Both the position numbers and the translations under genes were made by a program. The notes beneath the pieces are model-generated. The model was not told where the DNA came from, did not search any database, and was given only the letters and a program-made list of their open reading frames with translations. This document shows positions 44,542 to 53,768 of a stretch of DNA of 64,000 nucleotides, one piece after another. Source of the stretch: an uncultured Chloroflexia bacterium (GTDB lineage: Bacteria; Chloroflexota; Limnocylindria; Limnocylindrales; CSP1-4); NCBI GenBank assembly GCA_963713975.1, contig OY970218.1:2208001-2272000 (forward strand), given 5' to 3'. Within the stretch, counting starts at the first letter, position 1. Each line of letters starts with the position of its first letter.

Positions 44542-45080
44542 GGCGCGATCCGTCCTGGGCGCGGCACGCCTGATCCGGGCCCTTCGAGCGCGGTGCGCAG
44601 GCGCGCGAGCGCAGATGCGAGACGGGACTTCACCGTGCCGACCGGGATCCCGATGGCGTCCGCGACGGCCTCGTGCGTCAGGTCGGCTCCGTAGTGCAGG
44701 GCGAGCACGGTTCGGTGCTCGACCGACAGCCGGGCGAGCGCGGCGGCGAGGTCAACGTCGCGCTCAACCCACGGGCGTGGGTCGAGCGACAGCGGCTCGA
44801 ACGGCAGGGGCTGGATCTCGTGCACGCGGGCGCCCCGACGGCGCCCGACGTCGCGGCAGCGGTTGACGACGATCCGGCGGAGCCAGGGTTCGAACCGCTC
44901 GGGATCGCGGAGCCTGGGCAGCTCGGACCAAGCCCGGACGAAGGCGTCCTGGGTCACGTCGCGGCCGTCCTCGGGACCAACGATCGACGCGGCGAGCCGG
45001 TACACCCAACCCTCGTTGTGTTTGACGAGTCGAGCAAAGGCATCCCGATCCCCATTCCGTGCACGGACGACGAGGTCCAG
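44538..45080 (-). CDS. ECF sigma-70 factor
   Basis: LVVRARNGDRDAFARLV, DVTQDAF, WLRRIVVNRCRD, GIPVGTVKSRL; start tentatively CTG at 45080. Confidence 0.88.
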   Translation of the reverse strand: MDLVVRARNGDRDAFARLVKHNEGWVYRLAASIVGPEDGRDVTQDAFVRAWSELPRLRDPERFEPWLRRIVVNRCRDVGRRRGARVHEIQPLPFEPLSLDPRPWVERDVDLAAALARLSVEHRTVLALHYGADLTHEAVADAIGIPVGTVKSRLASALARLRTALEGPGSGVPRPGRIAP

Positions 45081-45322
45081 CTGGCCGATCCTCCCTTGCT
45101 ATCCTTGACGCACGAACTGCTGAGATCGTTCGGCTGCTCAGCAAAGCACACGGGGACGTCTGGGGAGGCTCCTAGCGTGCCGCGCGGTGGCGATGCGGGA
45201 CTCTGGGGTCGGACGGGCGCGGAGTGCCGGCTTCTCTCTTGCTTCGGGGCATCGCGCCGGACCCAGGTCGCCGTCATCGCGGAACGAGGCCAGCTGCTCG
45301 ACCTGCCTCAGCACCGCAAGGG

Positions 45323-45367
45323 CCAGGGTTCTCCCCAATGGCCGCCCGCCGCGCCGACGCGTACGGT
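45323..45367 (+). promoter_or_regulatory. Putative NarL-type box plus -10 (copy 1)
   Basis: CCAGGGTTCTCCCCAAT-N22-TACGGT upstream of the large secreted gene. Confidence 0.65.
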
Positions 45368-45550
45368 TGAGCTCGTGATGGGGAACACGGGACCTCGCCG
45401 GCGGGGGGGGCCGGCGAGGCGCTCCTTGGTCACACTGGCAATCGCGTCGGAATCGAGCCATTCGGCCCCTCTCGCGCCCAGCGTGAGCCCGAAACTGTCT
45501 GGGTACAGATGAGCCGCGCGTCGGCCATCCAGCAGCAGGGGGTCCGCACT

Positions 45551-48500
45551 GTGCTCCGTCGCCTTCTGCCGGTCGCCACGGCGGCCTTGCTGATCGCAAC
45601 GCTCGTGCCCGTCACCGCAGGCCCGGTCGCGGCCACCGACCTGGCGGCCCCCATCCTGCTCCAGCCGGCCCCCGGCGCGTCGGTCAACGACACCGGCGTG
45701 CACTTCAGGTGGACTCGGGTTTCGGGCGCCGTCTCGTACCGGCTGCACGTGTGGTCGGTCGCCGAGGGCGAGGGGTTCGACCTCGTCGAGACCACAGCGA
45801 ACGACGACTTCGTCGCGTTTGCCTCGATCCCGACCGCGCTCCTCAACTGGTCGGTGACGTCCATCGATGCCCAGGGCAACGACGGGCAGACGGCCGCATC
45901 GACCTTTGCACCGGCAGATCCTGCCCCTGCCCTTCTGGGTCCGGTTGACGGCACGGTGGTCACGTATCCTGACGCGGGACCACAGTTGCGGGCGTGGTCT
46001 CGCCAGGCTCCGCCCTACTACTACTTCTACGACACCGATGTGGCCGGGCAGGGCGATCCGATGCCGGACCTCGGGGGCACCAGCGCCGAGCCGCGTCTCG
46101 AGCCCGGCACGTATCGGTGGACCGCGGGATATCCGGATCAGCATCACGACCATCCGGTGGCCGCCCCCGTGCGGACGCTGACCGTCGAGTGGCCCGAAGC
46201 GACCCCGCAGCTCCTGGAGCCGGCGGACGGCGCATCGGTCGTGGCGGGCGATACGGCGGTGCTCCGTTGGGGTTCCGTTCCGGGGGCGGTCGCCTACGAG
46301 GTCCAGTTCGATCGCGGCTCGGGGTTCGACGGCCAGCCCGTCATCGGGACGCCGATCCCGGCGTTCGTCCTCTCGGACTTGTGGACCGCGCAGACGCTCC
46401 GCTGGCGGGTCCGCCCGACGCAGACGCCCGCGGGGTTCCTGTGGCCGGTCCGCGGGCCGTGGTCCGAGGCGCGAACGATCACCGTCTCGGCGCAGGGCGA
46501 GATCACGGGGTTGTCGCCCGTCGATGGCGCCGCCGTCGCGAGCTGGCCCGTGTTCCGGTGGGATCCACTGGCGAACGCAAGCGCGTACGAGGTCCAGTTC
46601 GCGATCGACCCGGTCACGGGGCCGACCCAGAGCCGCGTGATCAATACCCCGGCGTTCACCCTCAAGGCCAACGGTGATTGGCTGGCACAGCTCGCAGCAG
46701 GCGAGACCTGGTGGCGGGTCCGGGCGGTCCCGGTCCTCTCCGTCGGGATCGCGAGCGAGTGGTCCTCGTGGCGCCACGTGACCGTCGAGTCGGCGGACGG
46801 CGTGCTGGGAGCGCCGGTTGCCGCAACCGGGATCGGCGCGGCCGCCTGTCCTGAAGGGGACGCGTGCGAGCCCCTGACCGGCTGGCCCATCCTCCGATGG
46901 GAGCCCGTTCGCGGCGCCGCCCTCTACCGGGTGTTCCTCCGCCATCCGCTCACGGCATCAGCGTACGGATACGTCGATGTCGCCGGCGCGGAGCTGGTCG
47001 CCGGACCCCTCGCAAGCCAGGCGTCCGACCCCGGCACGTCGAGGGCGCTGTGGTCGGTGGTCGCCTGCCCGTCATTGGTCGACTGCCCGACCGAGCCCGT
47101 CGGCGCGGTCTATCGCGTGGAGCGCAGCCTGCCCGCTCCGATCCCGGTGAATCCGGGTGACGACGCAACCGTTTACCATGCGGGCCAGGTGCTCACGTGG
47201 CTGCCCGTGCCGTCGGACCTTGCGAGTGGGCCCGATGAGGTTCTGCCGGCCCTCACGACGTGCCTGGAGACCGCCCGAACGCGCGATGGCGGCTCCACGA
47301 CCACGGCCACCAGGTGCTCGACGGCCACGAGCACGATCGTGGACCTCACCGATGATGCCGGCGTCGTCGAGTGGCGCGTCCGCGCCGAGGCCGGCACGAC
47401 GTTCCTGGCCGAACCCGGTGCCTGGTCGGCGCGCCGCTCGTTCCGCCACGCGCCGCCCACGCCGGTCCTGGATTCGCCCGTCGAGGGTGCGACCGTCACC
47501 GGCGCCCCCGTGCTCCGGTGGCACGCGGCACCCTCCGAGGTGCAGTACGGCGTCGACGTCATTCGCGAGGACGTGCATGACGCGTTCGGGTGGAACCTCG
47601 CCATGCGGTACGGGCCCGGTGGTGCCACCTCCATCCAGACCACGACGCCGCTCGCGCCAGGCGCCTATCTCTGGCGGGTGACATCCGGGGACAACGTGGC
47701 GACGGTCGGGCACTTCACTGTCGAGGGCACGACGGAGCTCCCTCTCATCGAACCGGCCGCCGGCGCCATCGTCCCGGCCGACGACGTCGACCTTTCGTGG
47801 ACCGAGGTTCCGTGGGCGAGGTTCTATACCGTGGCGATCGGGTCGACGCCCGACTTCTGGGGCATCGACGCCGTCTGGTGGGGCACGAGCCCGCTGCCGT
47901 CGCTGGCCGTGCCGGTACGCCTACCGGAGGGGCCGCTCTACTGGCGGGTGTGTCCGATGCTCGATGGGCTGAATGCCTCGGACTGCAGTGCGACCAACCA
48001 GCTGGCCGTGGGCGCCTCCGAGGTGCGGGCAATGACGGTCACGTCGGCGCTATCCGCGCGCGATCTCGCCATCCCGACATCGCACGGCCTGCTGGTGCAG
48101 CTCCGCCTCAATGCGACGATGTCAAGCACGGGCCGGGTCCCGCTGCGCGTGCGCTGGACGTCGTCCGACGTCGGCTCGGGCGTCGATGCCCAGGAGATCC
48201 AGGTCAAGCAGGACGACGGCTCGTGGCAGCCGGCAGCCAGTGGCCGCCTGACGGGAACCGCCTCCTACCTCGACCTCAACCTGGCCGCGGGGCACCGCTA
48301 CGACCTGCGCGTGCGGGCGACAGACCTCGCCGGCAACATCGGGGACTGGGCGTCCGCCCGCATCAGCCTTCGGCTCCGCCAGGAGACCTCGTCGGCCTGG
48401 AGATGGTCCGGCAGCTGGTCCCGGGTTCGCTCGACCGCCGCTTCGGGCGGGGCCTTCCGCCGCTCGACGGATCGAGGGGCGACCGCGAAGATGACCTTCA

Positions 48501-48736
48501 CGGCGAGGTCGGTCGCCCTGATCGCGCCTCGCTCGACCAGTCGGGGCAAGGCCGAGGTGTGGATCGACGGGACGAAGGCCACGACGATCCGACTGAACGC
48601 CAACCCAACTGGTGCCCGACGCGTGGTCTTCACCCGGAGTTGGGGCTCCGCTGGGAGCCACCGCATCAAGGTCGTGGTGCTTGGAGCACCCGCCGGCTCT
48701 CGCGTCGACCTGGATGCGATTGTCCTGGTGGAATGA
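45551..48736 (+). CDS. Large secreted protein with repeated Ig/FN3-like domains
   Basis: Signal peptide; repeated P.L..P.DGA.V...P.LRW..V.GA..Y.V and WRVRA...WS units. Confidence 0.8.
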   Translation: MLRRLLPVATAALLIATLVPVTAGPVAATDLAAPILLQPAPGASVNDTGVHFRWTRVSGAVSYRLHVWSVAEGEGFDLVETTANDDFVAFASIPTALLNWSVTSIDAQGNDGQTAASTFAPADPAPALLGPVDGTVVTYPDAGPQLRAWSRQAPPYYYFYDTDVAGQGDPMPDLGGTSAEPRLEPGTYRWTAGYPDQHHDHPVAAPVRTLTVEWPEATPQLLEPADGASVVAGDTAVLRWGSVPGAVAYEVQFDRGSGFDGQPVIGTPIPAFVLSDLWTAQTLRWRVRPTQTPAGFLWPVRGPWSEARTITVSAQGEITGLSPVDGAAVASWPVFRWDPLANASAYEVQFAIDPVTGPTQSRVINTPAFTLKANGDWLAQLAAGETWWRVRAVPVLSVGIASEWSSWRHVTVESADGVLGAPVAATGIGAAACPEGDACEPLTGWPILRWEPVRGAALYRVFLRHPLTASAYGYVDVAGAELVAGPLASQASDPGTSRALWSVVACPSLVDCPTEPVGAVYRVERSLPAPIPVNPGDDATVYHAGQVLTWLPVPSDLASGPDEVLPALTTCLETARTRDGGSTTTATRCSTATSTIVDLTDDAGVVEWRVRAEAGTTFLAEPGAWSARRSFRHAPPTPVLDSPVEGATVTGAPVLRWHAAPSEVQYGVDVIREDVHDAFGWNLAMRYGPGGATSIQTTTPLAPGAYLWRVTSGDNVATVGHFTVEGTTELPLIEPAAGAIVPADDVDLSWTEVPWARFYTVAIGSTPDFWGIDAVWWGTSPLPSLAVPVRLPEGPLYWRVCPMLDGLNASDCSATNQLAVGASEVRAMTVTSALSARDLAIPTSHGLLVQLRLNATMSSTGRVPLRVRWTSSDVGSGVDAQEIQVKQDDGSWQPAASGRLTGTASYLDLNLAAGHRYDLRVRATDLAGNIGDWASARISLRLRQETSSAWRWSGSWSRVRSTAASGGAFRRSTDRGATAKMTFTARSVALIAPRSTSRGKAEVWIDGTKATTIRLNANPTGARRVVFTRSWGSAGSHRIKVVVLGAPAGSRVDLDAIVLVE

Positions 48737-48739
48737 ACC

Positions 48740-48993
48740 CGCCGCCGACGGCCCAGCGCTTTGTAGATGCTCAGCCGCTGTCGGGCCTTCCCGGCGCCAC
48801 CCCCAGAAGGTCGCCCTCCGTCCCGCCGTCGGCGAGCCACATATGGGCGTAGGTGTGGCGGAACTGGTGAGGTGCAGGTTGGTGAGCCCGGCCACGGCGT
48901 GAGATAGGTCTTGATCGTGGCCGGGCTGCGGTCTACGGCGCGCAGGCTCAGGCGCCAGCTGTCGATGGCCGACCGGAGGTAGAGGTCCGGCAC
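48740..48993 (-). pseudogene. Internally deleted tyrosine integrase relic
   Basis: 48902-48977 matches the integrase 5' part (62640-62717) and 48808-48899 matches the HQFRHTYAH region (61947-62039); ~600 bp missing between them. Confidence 0.85.
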
Positions 48994-49024
48994 CCGGCCC
49001 CGCGCGTGGTACGGTTCCGGCCAC

Positions 49025-49063
49025 GCGGGAGTAGCTCAGCTGGCAGAGCGGCAGCCTTCCAAG
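49025..49063 (+). repeat. Duplicated 5' half of tRNA-Gly (left att site)
   Basis: 39 bp identical to 62906-62944, ending just past the anticodon loop. Confidence 0.92.
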
Positions 49064-49270
49064 TCTCCCGTTCCCGAGCGCTGTGCTCTGATCTCAGGAT
49101 TCCCCGTTCGCTGGCCCTGGTTCCGGGCGAATTTGGCGGTCTGGCCCACAGCGTGATAACAGGCCTTCAGCGCATAACGCGTTTTCGTCGCACAAGAGTC
49201 TGCGGGCGCCCATGACGATCTGGAGGGCTTGACAGGTCACCCTTGACGGTGCGCCCCGGACGGACCTCCG

Positions 49271-49930
49271 TTACTGTCCCGTGTTGGGCAGTCGAGGCGT
49301 GGGCGGGCGTGCTGTGGATCGGCCAGACCGTCGAAGCACGAGGGCCATGGCACCCAGTGCCCCCGTGATGAGAAACAAGAAGCCCGGCCACGGACCCTCC
49401 CGTGAGACGCGCTGGGCGCGCGCCGGAAATGCGTCCGTCGCCGGAAGCTCCGCGAGGGCGCGCACGCGGTTCTCCGACAGCTTCTGAACGCCCGGCATGA
49501 AGAACCGGTCCGGGCGACCCTCCACCCAGGCGACAGCGACGACTCGGTCGATCGATGCTCCTGGCTGGCCGGAGAACGCGAACGCCAGGACATCCCCGAC
49601 CTGCGCGTACAGTTCCGACTCGTCGCAGACCTTCATGACGTCTGCGAAGCGCGTCCCAGTCTCGACCCTGAAGCTCGCCGGGGCGTCACCACGCAGGACG
49701 TCGATCACGTCCACGCGGAACGTGGTCGTCTGCCCGTTGATCGGCATCACAAGGCTTTCGGCGACCCGGCCGAGGAGGATGGTCCCGGCCGCGGGCGCCA
49801 ACCTGGTGAACGCCGGCCAGCGGTCCGTCCTGGTGCACTCCGCATAGACGCCTGCGGTAGCGACCTGCGACGCAAGAGTCGCCAGGAGCATCGCCACGAC
49901 CCATCGAACCAGCCGACGCGGGTGCGTCAT
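49271..49930 (-). CDS. Secreted anchored protein, homolog of the IS passengers
   Basis: Signal peptide ending VYA-EC; LPATD then a TM helix then RRSGR; GGAGGGAG SD. Confidence 0.78.
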   Translation of the reverse strand: MTHPRRLVRWVVAMLLATLASQVATAGVYAECTRTDRWPAFTRLAPAAGTILLGRVAESLVMPINGQTTTFRVDVIDVLRGDAPASFRVETGTRFADVMKVCDESELYAQVGDVLAFAFSGQPGASIDRVVAVAWVEGRPDRFFMPGVQKLSENRVRALAELPATDAFPARAQRVSREGPWPGFLFLITGALGAMALVLRRSGRSTARPPTPRLPNTGQ

Positions 49931-49964
49931 GGATCTCCCTCCAGGGTGGTGCGTGGCCGGATGC

Positions 49965-51320
49965 CTACAGGCCACAGGTCGAGTCCGTGCACAGGGTGAT
50001 GGGCTCCCCGTACGAGCTCAACTTGGAGAACACCCACCCCATCGGCGAGTACCAGGCGCTGCCACCCGGCGGATTGGCGCTTGTTGAGTCGCTGTGGATC
50101 CCCCATGCCAGGGTCACGCCGCCGCTGGTCGTGAAGTACGGGGCTCCGCTGTCTCCCGGGCTGGCGTCGAAGTTGTCGACCCACTGGTGCTCGATGGCTG
50201 TGCCGTCGACGTCCTTGACCCTGTCTTCCAGCGTGAGGTTCCCGCACCAGAACCCGGTCGTCCTCCCCGATCGACAGAGATAGTCGCCCACGTTCTGGCT
50301 TGATGTCGTGACATAGCCCCCGACGGTGCGGATGTCATTCTCGCTCACGCCGAAGAGGAGATTGTCAGGGCCACTCGGGGCGGACATCGCGATCAGGCCG
50401 GCGTCAGCGTTGGACAAATTCCCATAGGTCTCCGTCCTCCCTGTTCCGATGTCGGTCCCGCTGTGGCGCCACATGCTGTTGAGCCCGCCGGTCGCGAGGG
50501 CCAGGCAATGACCGGCGGTCAGCATCCGATAGGTAGAGGTGCCCTGCCTGCGCACGACGAAGCCGGACGTGCAGATCGAGCTCGTATTGACCTGCTCGTA
50601 GATCTTGATGCCACCCTTCATGGGCCAGCAGTCGATGCGCGACAGGCACGCATCAAGGTGTGCATCGATTTCCTCCTCGACCGTCCCGACAGGACCGTAG
50701 CGGGATTGAAGCTCCGTGTCGGCCACCTCTGTCAGGCCGTTGACCCCCACCAGCACCTGGTTGTTGCGGATATCCAGACCCGCGCTCTGGATGTCGATGC
50801 CTGCTCTCGCGAGCTCGCCCCGCTCTCCCCAGATCGTGTGCTTCAACTGTTCCAGCTCGGCTCGAGCGTGACCGACTTCGACAAGGTCGTAGTCGACGCC
50901 GGGCGGCATGCGTTCCGCAAGGTCCGCCACCCAAGCTTGACGATCCTGGCCCGCGACCATGAAGACGGGCATTCCTCCGCGTTGCTGGTCCATGTAGACG
51001 CCCGCATACCCGTCGAGGTGGCTCGCGTATTCGATCACGGGATCAACCGCCAACTGGATCGCGATGCGTCGACCGATCTCCGCTGCCTCGGCCTCGGAGA
51101 GCGGGACGCCGTACTGGAGATCAGGGAAGGTCGAGTGGTCGGCGAAGGTCCCCCGAACAAAGTCCTCGTCCGACCGGAACCCCGCGGTCTCGCGGAACAC
51201 GATCGCCTGACCGACATCCGCCGCGGAAACTACGGTGTTAGCCAGTGCGCTGGATGGGGTACCGAACGACAGCGCCAAAGCCAGCAGGACGCCCAGCGGG
51301 CCCAAACGACCTTTCGGCAT
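49965..51320 (-). CDS. Secreted S1 (chymotrypsin-like) serine protease with propeptide
   Basis: CTSGF, TAGHC, DAG, SGRTTG and PGDSGAP catalytic motifs; signal peptide. Confidence 0.92.
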   Translation of the reverse strand: MPKGRLGPLGVLLALALSFGTPSSALANTVVSAADVGQAIVFRETAGFRSDEDFVRGTFADHSTFPDLQYGVPLSEAEAAEIGRRIAIQLAVDPVIEYASHLDGYAGVYMDQQRGGMPVFMVAGQDRQAWVADLAERMPPGVDYDLVEVGHARAELEQLKHTIWGERGELARAGIDIQSAGLDIRNNQVLVGVNGLTEVADTELQSRYGPVGTVEEEIDAHLDACLSRIDCWPMKGGIKIYEQVNTSSICTSGFVVRRQGTSTYRMLTAGHCLALATGGLNSMWRHSGTDIGTGRTETYGNLSNADAGLIAMSAPSGPDNLLFGVSENDIRTVGGYVTTSSQNVGDYLCRSGRTTGFWCGNLTLEDRVKDVDGTAIEHQWVDNFDASPGDSGAPYFTTSGGVTLAWGIHSDSTSANPPGGSAWYSPMGWVFSKLSSYGEPITLCTDSTCGL

Positions 51321-51411
51321 GACCTCATCCCTCTTTCCTGGTCCGGACCTTTCGTGACGATGACGATCAGCTCGGCTCGCGTTCGTGTCGGCACGTCGGG
51401 TGGTCCCGGCT

Positions 51412-51456
51412 ACCGTACGGCCCCCTGCTGCGCTCGGCCATTGGGGATTCGCCTAC
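51412..51456 (-). promoter_or_regulatory. Putative NarL-type box plus -10 (copy 2)
   Basis: On - strand GTAGGCGAATCCCCAAT-N22-TACGGT upstream of the protease. Confidence 0.65.
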
Positions 51457-51499
51457 TGGGCGAGCCCGCCGGGATGTGCGACGGTCGTGCTCGCGTCGG

Positions 51500-52123
51500 T
51501 CAACGCCGCGGCCGCGGTTCGGGTGGGATGTCGAGCCAGCCCTCCCGCTCAACCCGCAGGGCGAGCTCGGTCCGGCTCAGCGCGCCGGCACGCGTGAAGA
51601 GGTGCGACAGGTGCACCTCGACTGTCTTGCGTGAGAGACCGAGGTCGGACGCGATCTCGTCGTTGGTCTGCCCGCGCAGCAGGCCCGCCAGGACCTGCCG
51701 CTCGCGGTCGGTCAGCGGCGCCCAGGCCGCGCCGCCGGGGTCCGCCGGGTAGACCCAGCCGCCCGCATGCACCCGGCGGACCGCGTCCACGATGGCGTCG
51801 GTGCGGGTCGTCTTCAGCAGGTAGCCGCCCGCCCCGTGCCGCTGGGCCGCCGCCTGGTACAGCGGGTGGTCGTACTGGGACAGCATCAGGAAGCGAGGAC
51901 CTGCCAGCGTGGCGCGCGCCTCGGCGAGGAGCTCGAGCCCGGAGCCGTCGGGCAGCCGGACGTCGCACACGACGATGTCGAACCGTGTTTCCGCCAGCAG
52001 CTTGCGGGCCTCCCCCAGGGTGTGCGCCGCCAGGACCGGACCGAATCCGTGTTCGGCCCGCAGACGCCCCTCCAGCCGCTCGGTCACGAGCGGGTGGTCG
52101 TCGACGATGAGGATGGCGATCAC
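51500..52123 (-). CDS. NarL/LuxR family response regulator
   Basis: IVDDH, CDVRLPDGSG, YLLK; HTH LTDRERQVL..GQTNDEIASDLGLSRKTVEVH; GTG overlaps the kinase stop. Confidence 0.93.
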   Translation of the reverse strand: MIAILIVDDHPLVTERLEGRLRAEHGFGPVLAAHTLGEARKLLAETRFDIVVCDVRLPDGSGLELLAEARATLAGPRFLMLSQYDHPLYQAAAQRHGAGGYLLKTTRTDAIVDAVRRVHAGGWVYPADPGGAAWAPLTDRERQVLAGLLRGQTNDEIASDLGLSRKTVEVHLSHLFTRAGALSRTELALRVEREGWLDIPPEPRPRR

Positions 52124-53730
52124 GGCCGGCTCCAGTCCAGGGTCACAAGCGTGCCCGTCGGGGATGCGGCCCCGACCGCCAACGCCGCACCGACCGACGT
52201 CGCACGCTGGTGCATCGTCGCCATCCCGAGCCTGCCAGCGCGGCGGGCCGCCCACAGGTCGTCCTGCCGGATGCCGCAGCCATCGTCCTCGATCTCCAGA
52301 CGCAGCCGGTCGGGCCTGACGTCCGCACGGACGGTGATGCGGCTGGCCGAGGCATGGCTGATGACGTTGCCAACGGCCTCCTGCGCGATCCGGAAGGCGG
52401 CCAATTCCACGTCGGCGGGCGGACGCTCGTGCCTGGTGAGCCCGGTAGTGTGGGTGATGTCCCCGGCGATCGCGACATCCGCGTCGAGGCGGATCCGCGT
52501 CTGATCGACGAGCCAACCGAGCGCGGCATCCAGGCCGAGGTCGTCGAGCACAGGCGGCCGCAGCGCCGCGCTGACCGCACGCAACTCCAGCCCCGCCTCC
52601 TCGAGCAGCGTGATCGCGTCGTCGGCCGACCCGCCGTCACGCAGGCCGGCCACGGCGGCCGCCAGGACCTGGACCGGGCCGTCGTGGATCTCGGCCGCGA
52701 GCCGCGCCCGCTCCTCCTCGGTGGCGGCCAGCGCGGCCCGGTCCCGTACGCCGTCCGTCACCAGGTGCTCGACAATCGAGGCCAGGCGGGCGCGCACGAG
52801 CACATAGGCGGCGCCAGCGACCATAGCCGCCGCAACGGCCATCGGGACCGGCACGGCCGCGAGTGCGACCAGCGTCACCGTCCCGGCGCCGATCATGACC
52901 GCAGCCAGGACATCGAGGGCGCGCGGCGGGTTCCGGGTCGCCGTGTCCGCCGCCCAGCGGCGCCACGGAGCGGCCACGGCGAACGCGGTCACCAACGCGG
53001 CCACGGTCGTGGCCACGCGTGCGGCATCCGCCACCTGATAGACCGGCAGGGCCGCAAACCTGGCGGCCGTCCAAGCGATCGCCCCGGCAGCGGCCGCAGC
53101 CGGGACGACGGGCCAGAACCGGTACCGGGCAGCACCGACCACAAGCCACGCCGCGCCGACGAGCGGGATCGCGGCGAGCAGGGCCGTGGATGCTATCGGG
53201 GTGTTCGTCGCCGCTACCGGAACGGCAGCGACGAACGCCGCAGCGAGTGCGGCCGCGACCGCGAGCTCCCGGCGCAGTGGCAGCAGGCCCACGGCAGCAA
53301 GACAGAGGAGCAGGGCGGCAAGGGCCACGGGCACGGTCTGGCGCAGGACCTGCCGCTGCCCGGGGCCGCCGGTCGCCAGGATCGTGTCCGGAGCCGGCGT
53401 GACCTCCACCCGCCAGAGCAGCGGGGAGTCGCCGTTGAGAAACGCGACGAGCGCCTGGCCCTGGCGGAGACCGGTGTTCCAGGCCTGCCCGCCAGGCAGC
53501 ACCCAGCCGACCTCGAGGCCCAGCGGCTCCACCTGCACGTCACGGAGCGGGACGCCATCCCCCGCCATCGTGAGCGCCCACAGCGTGCTCACCCCGGCCA
53601 GTCCCACCGCCGCTGGCGCCAGCCACCGGCCCGACCGGCGCCCCGTGGTCCCGGGCGGGCGCCCACGAGGCAACTCACCAACCCCAGCATAGGGATTCCC
53701 CCAATCGCCTCGCACCTGCCGCTCCCTCAT
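52120..53730 (-). CDS. Polytopic HisKA_3 sensor kinase with N-terminal PDZ-like loop
   Basis: ERARLAAEIHDGPVQ, RIAQEAVGNVISHA, DDGCG, GRLGM; LEVGWVLPGGQAWNTGLRQG after TM1; about six further TMs; start uncertain. Confidence 0.88.
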   Translation of the reverse strand: MRERQVRGDWGNPYAGVGELPRGRPPGTTGRRSGRWLAPAAVGLAGVSTLWALTMAGDGVPLRDVQVEPLGLEVGWVLPGGQAWNTGLRQGQALVAFLNGDSPLLWRVEVTPAPDTILATGGPGQRQVLRQTVPVALAALLLCLAAVGLLPLRRELAVAAALAAAFVAAVPVAATNTPIASTALLAAIPLVGAAWLVVGAARYRFWPVVPAAAAAGAIAWTAARFAALPVYQVADAARVATTVAALVTAFAVAAPWRRWAADTATRNPPRALDVLAAVMIGAGTVTLVALAAVPVPMAVAAAMVAGAAYVLVRARLASIVEHLVTDGVRDRAALAATEEERARLAAEIHDGPVQVLAAAVAGLRDGGSADDAITLLEEAGLELRAVSAALRPPVLDDLGLDAALGWLVDQTRIRLDADVAIAGDITHTTGLTRHERPPADVELAAFRIAQEAVGNVISHASASRITVRADVRPDRLRLEIEDDGCGIRQDDLWAARRAGRLGMATMHQRATSVGAALAVGAASPTGTLVTLDWSRP

Positions 53731-53733
53731 CGT
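53689..53733 (+). promoter_or_regulatory. Putative NarL-type box plus -10 (copy 3)
   Basis: ATAGGGATTCCCCCAAT-N22-CATCGT upstream of 53769. Confidence 0.65.
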
Positions 53734-53768
53734 GACCGCACGACCACCACCAGCCAGAGGGACCTACG

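Noticed and set aside
49025-49075. Second functional tRNA-Gly
   Set aside because: Lacks the 3' anticodon strand and the T-arm, so it cannot form a cloverleaf
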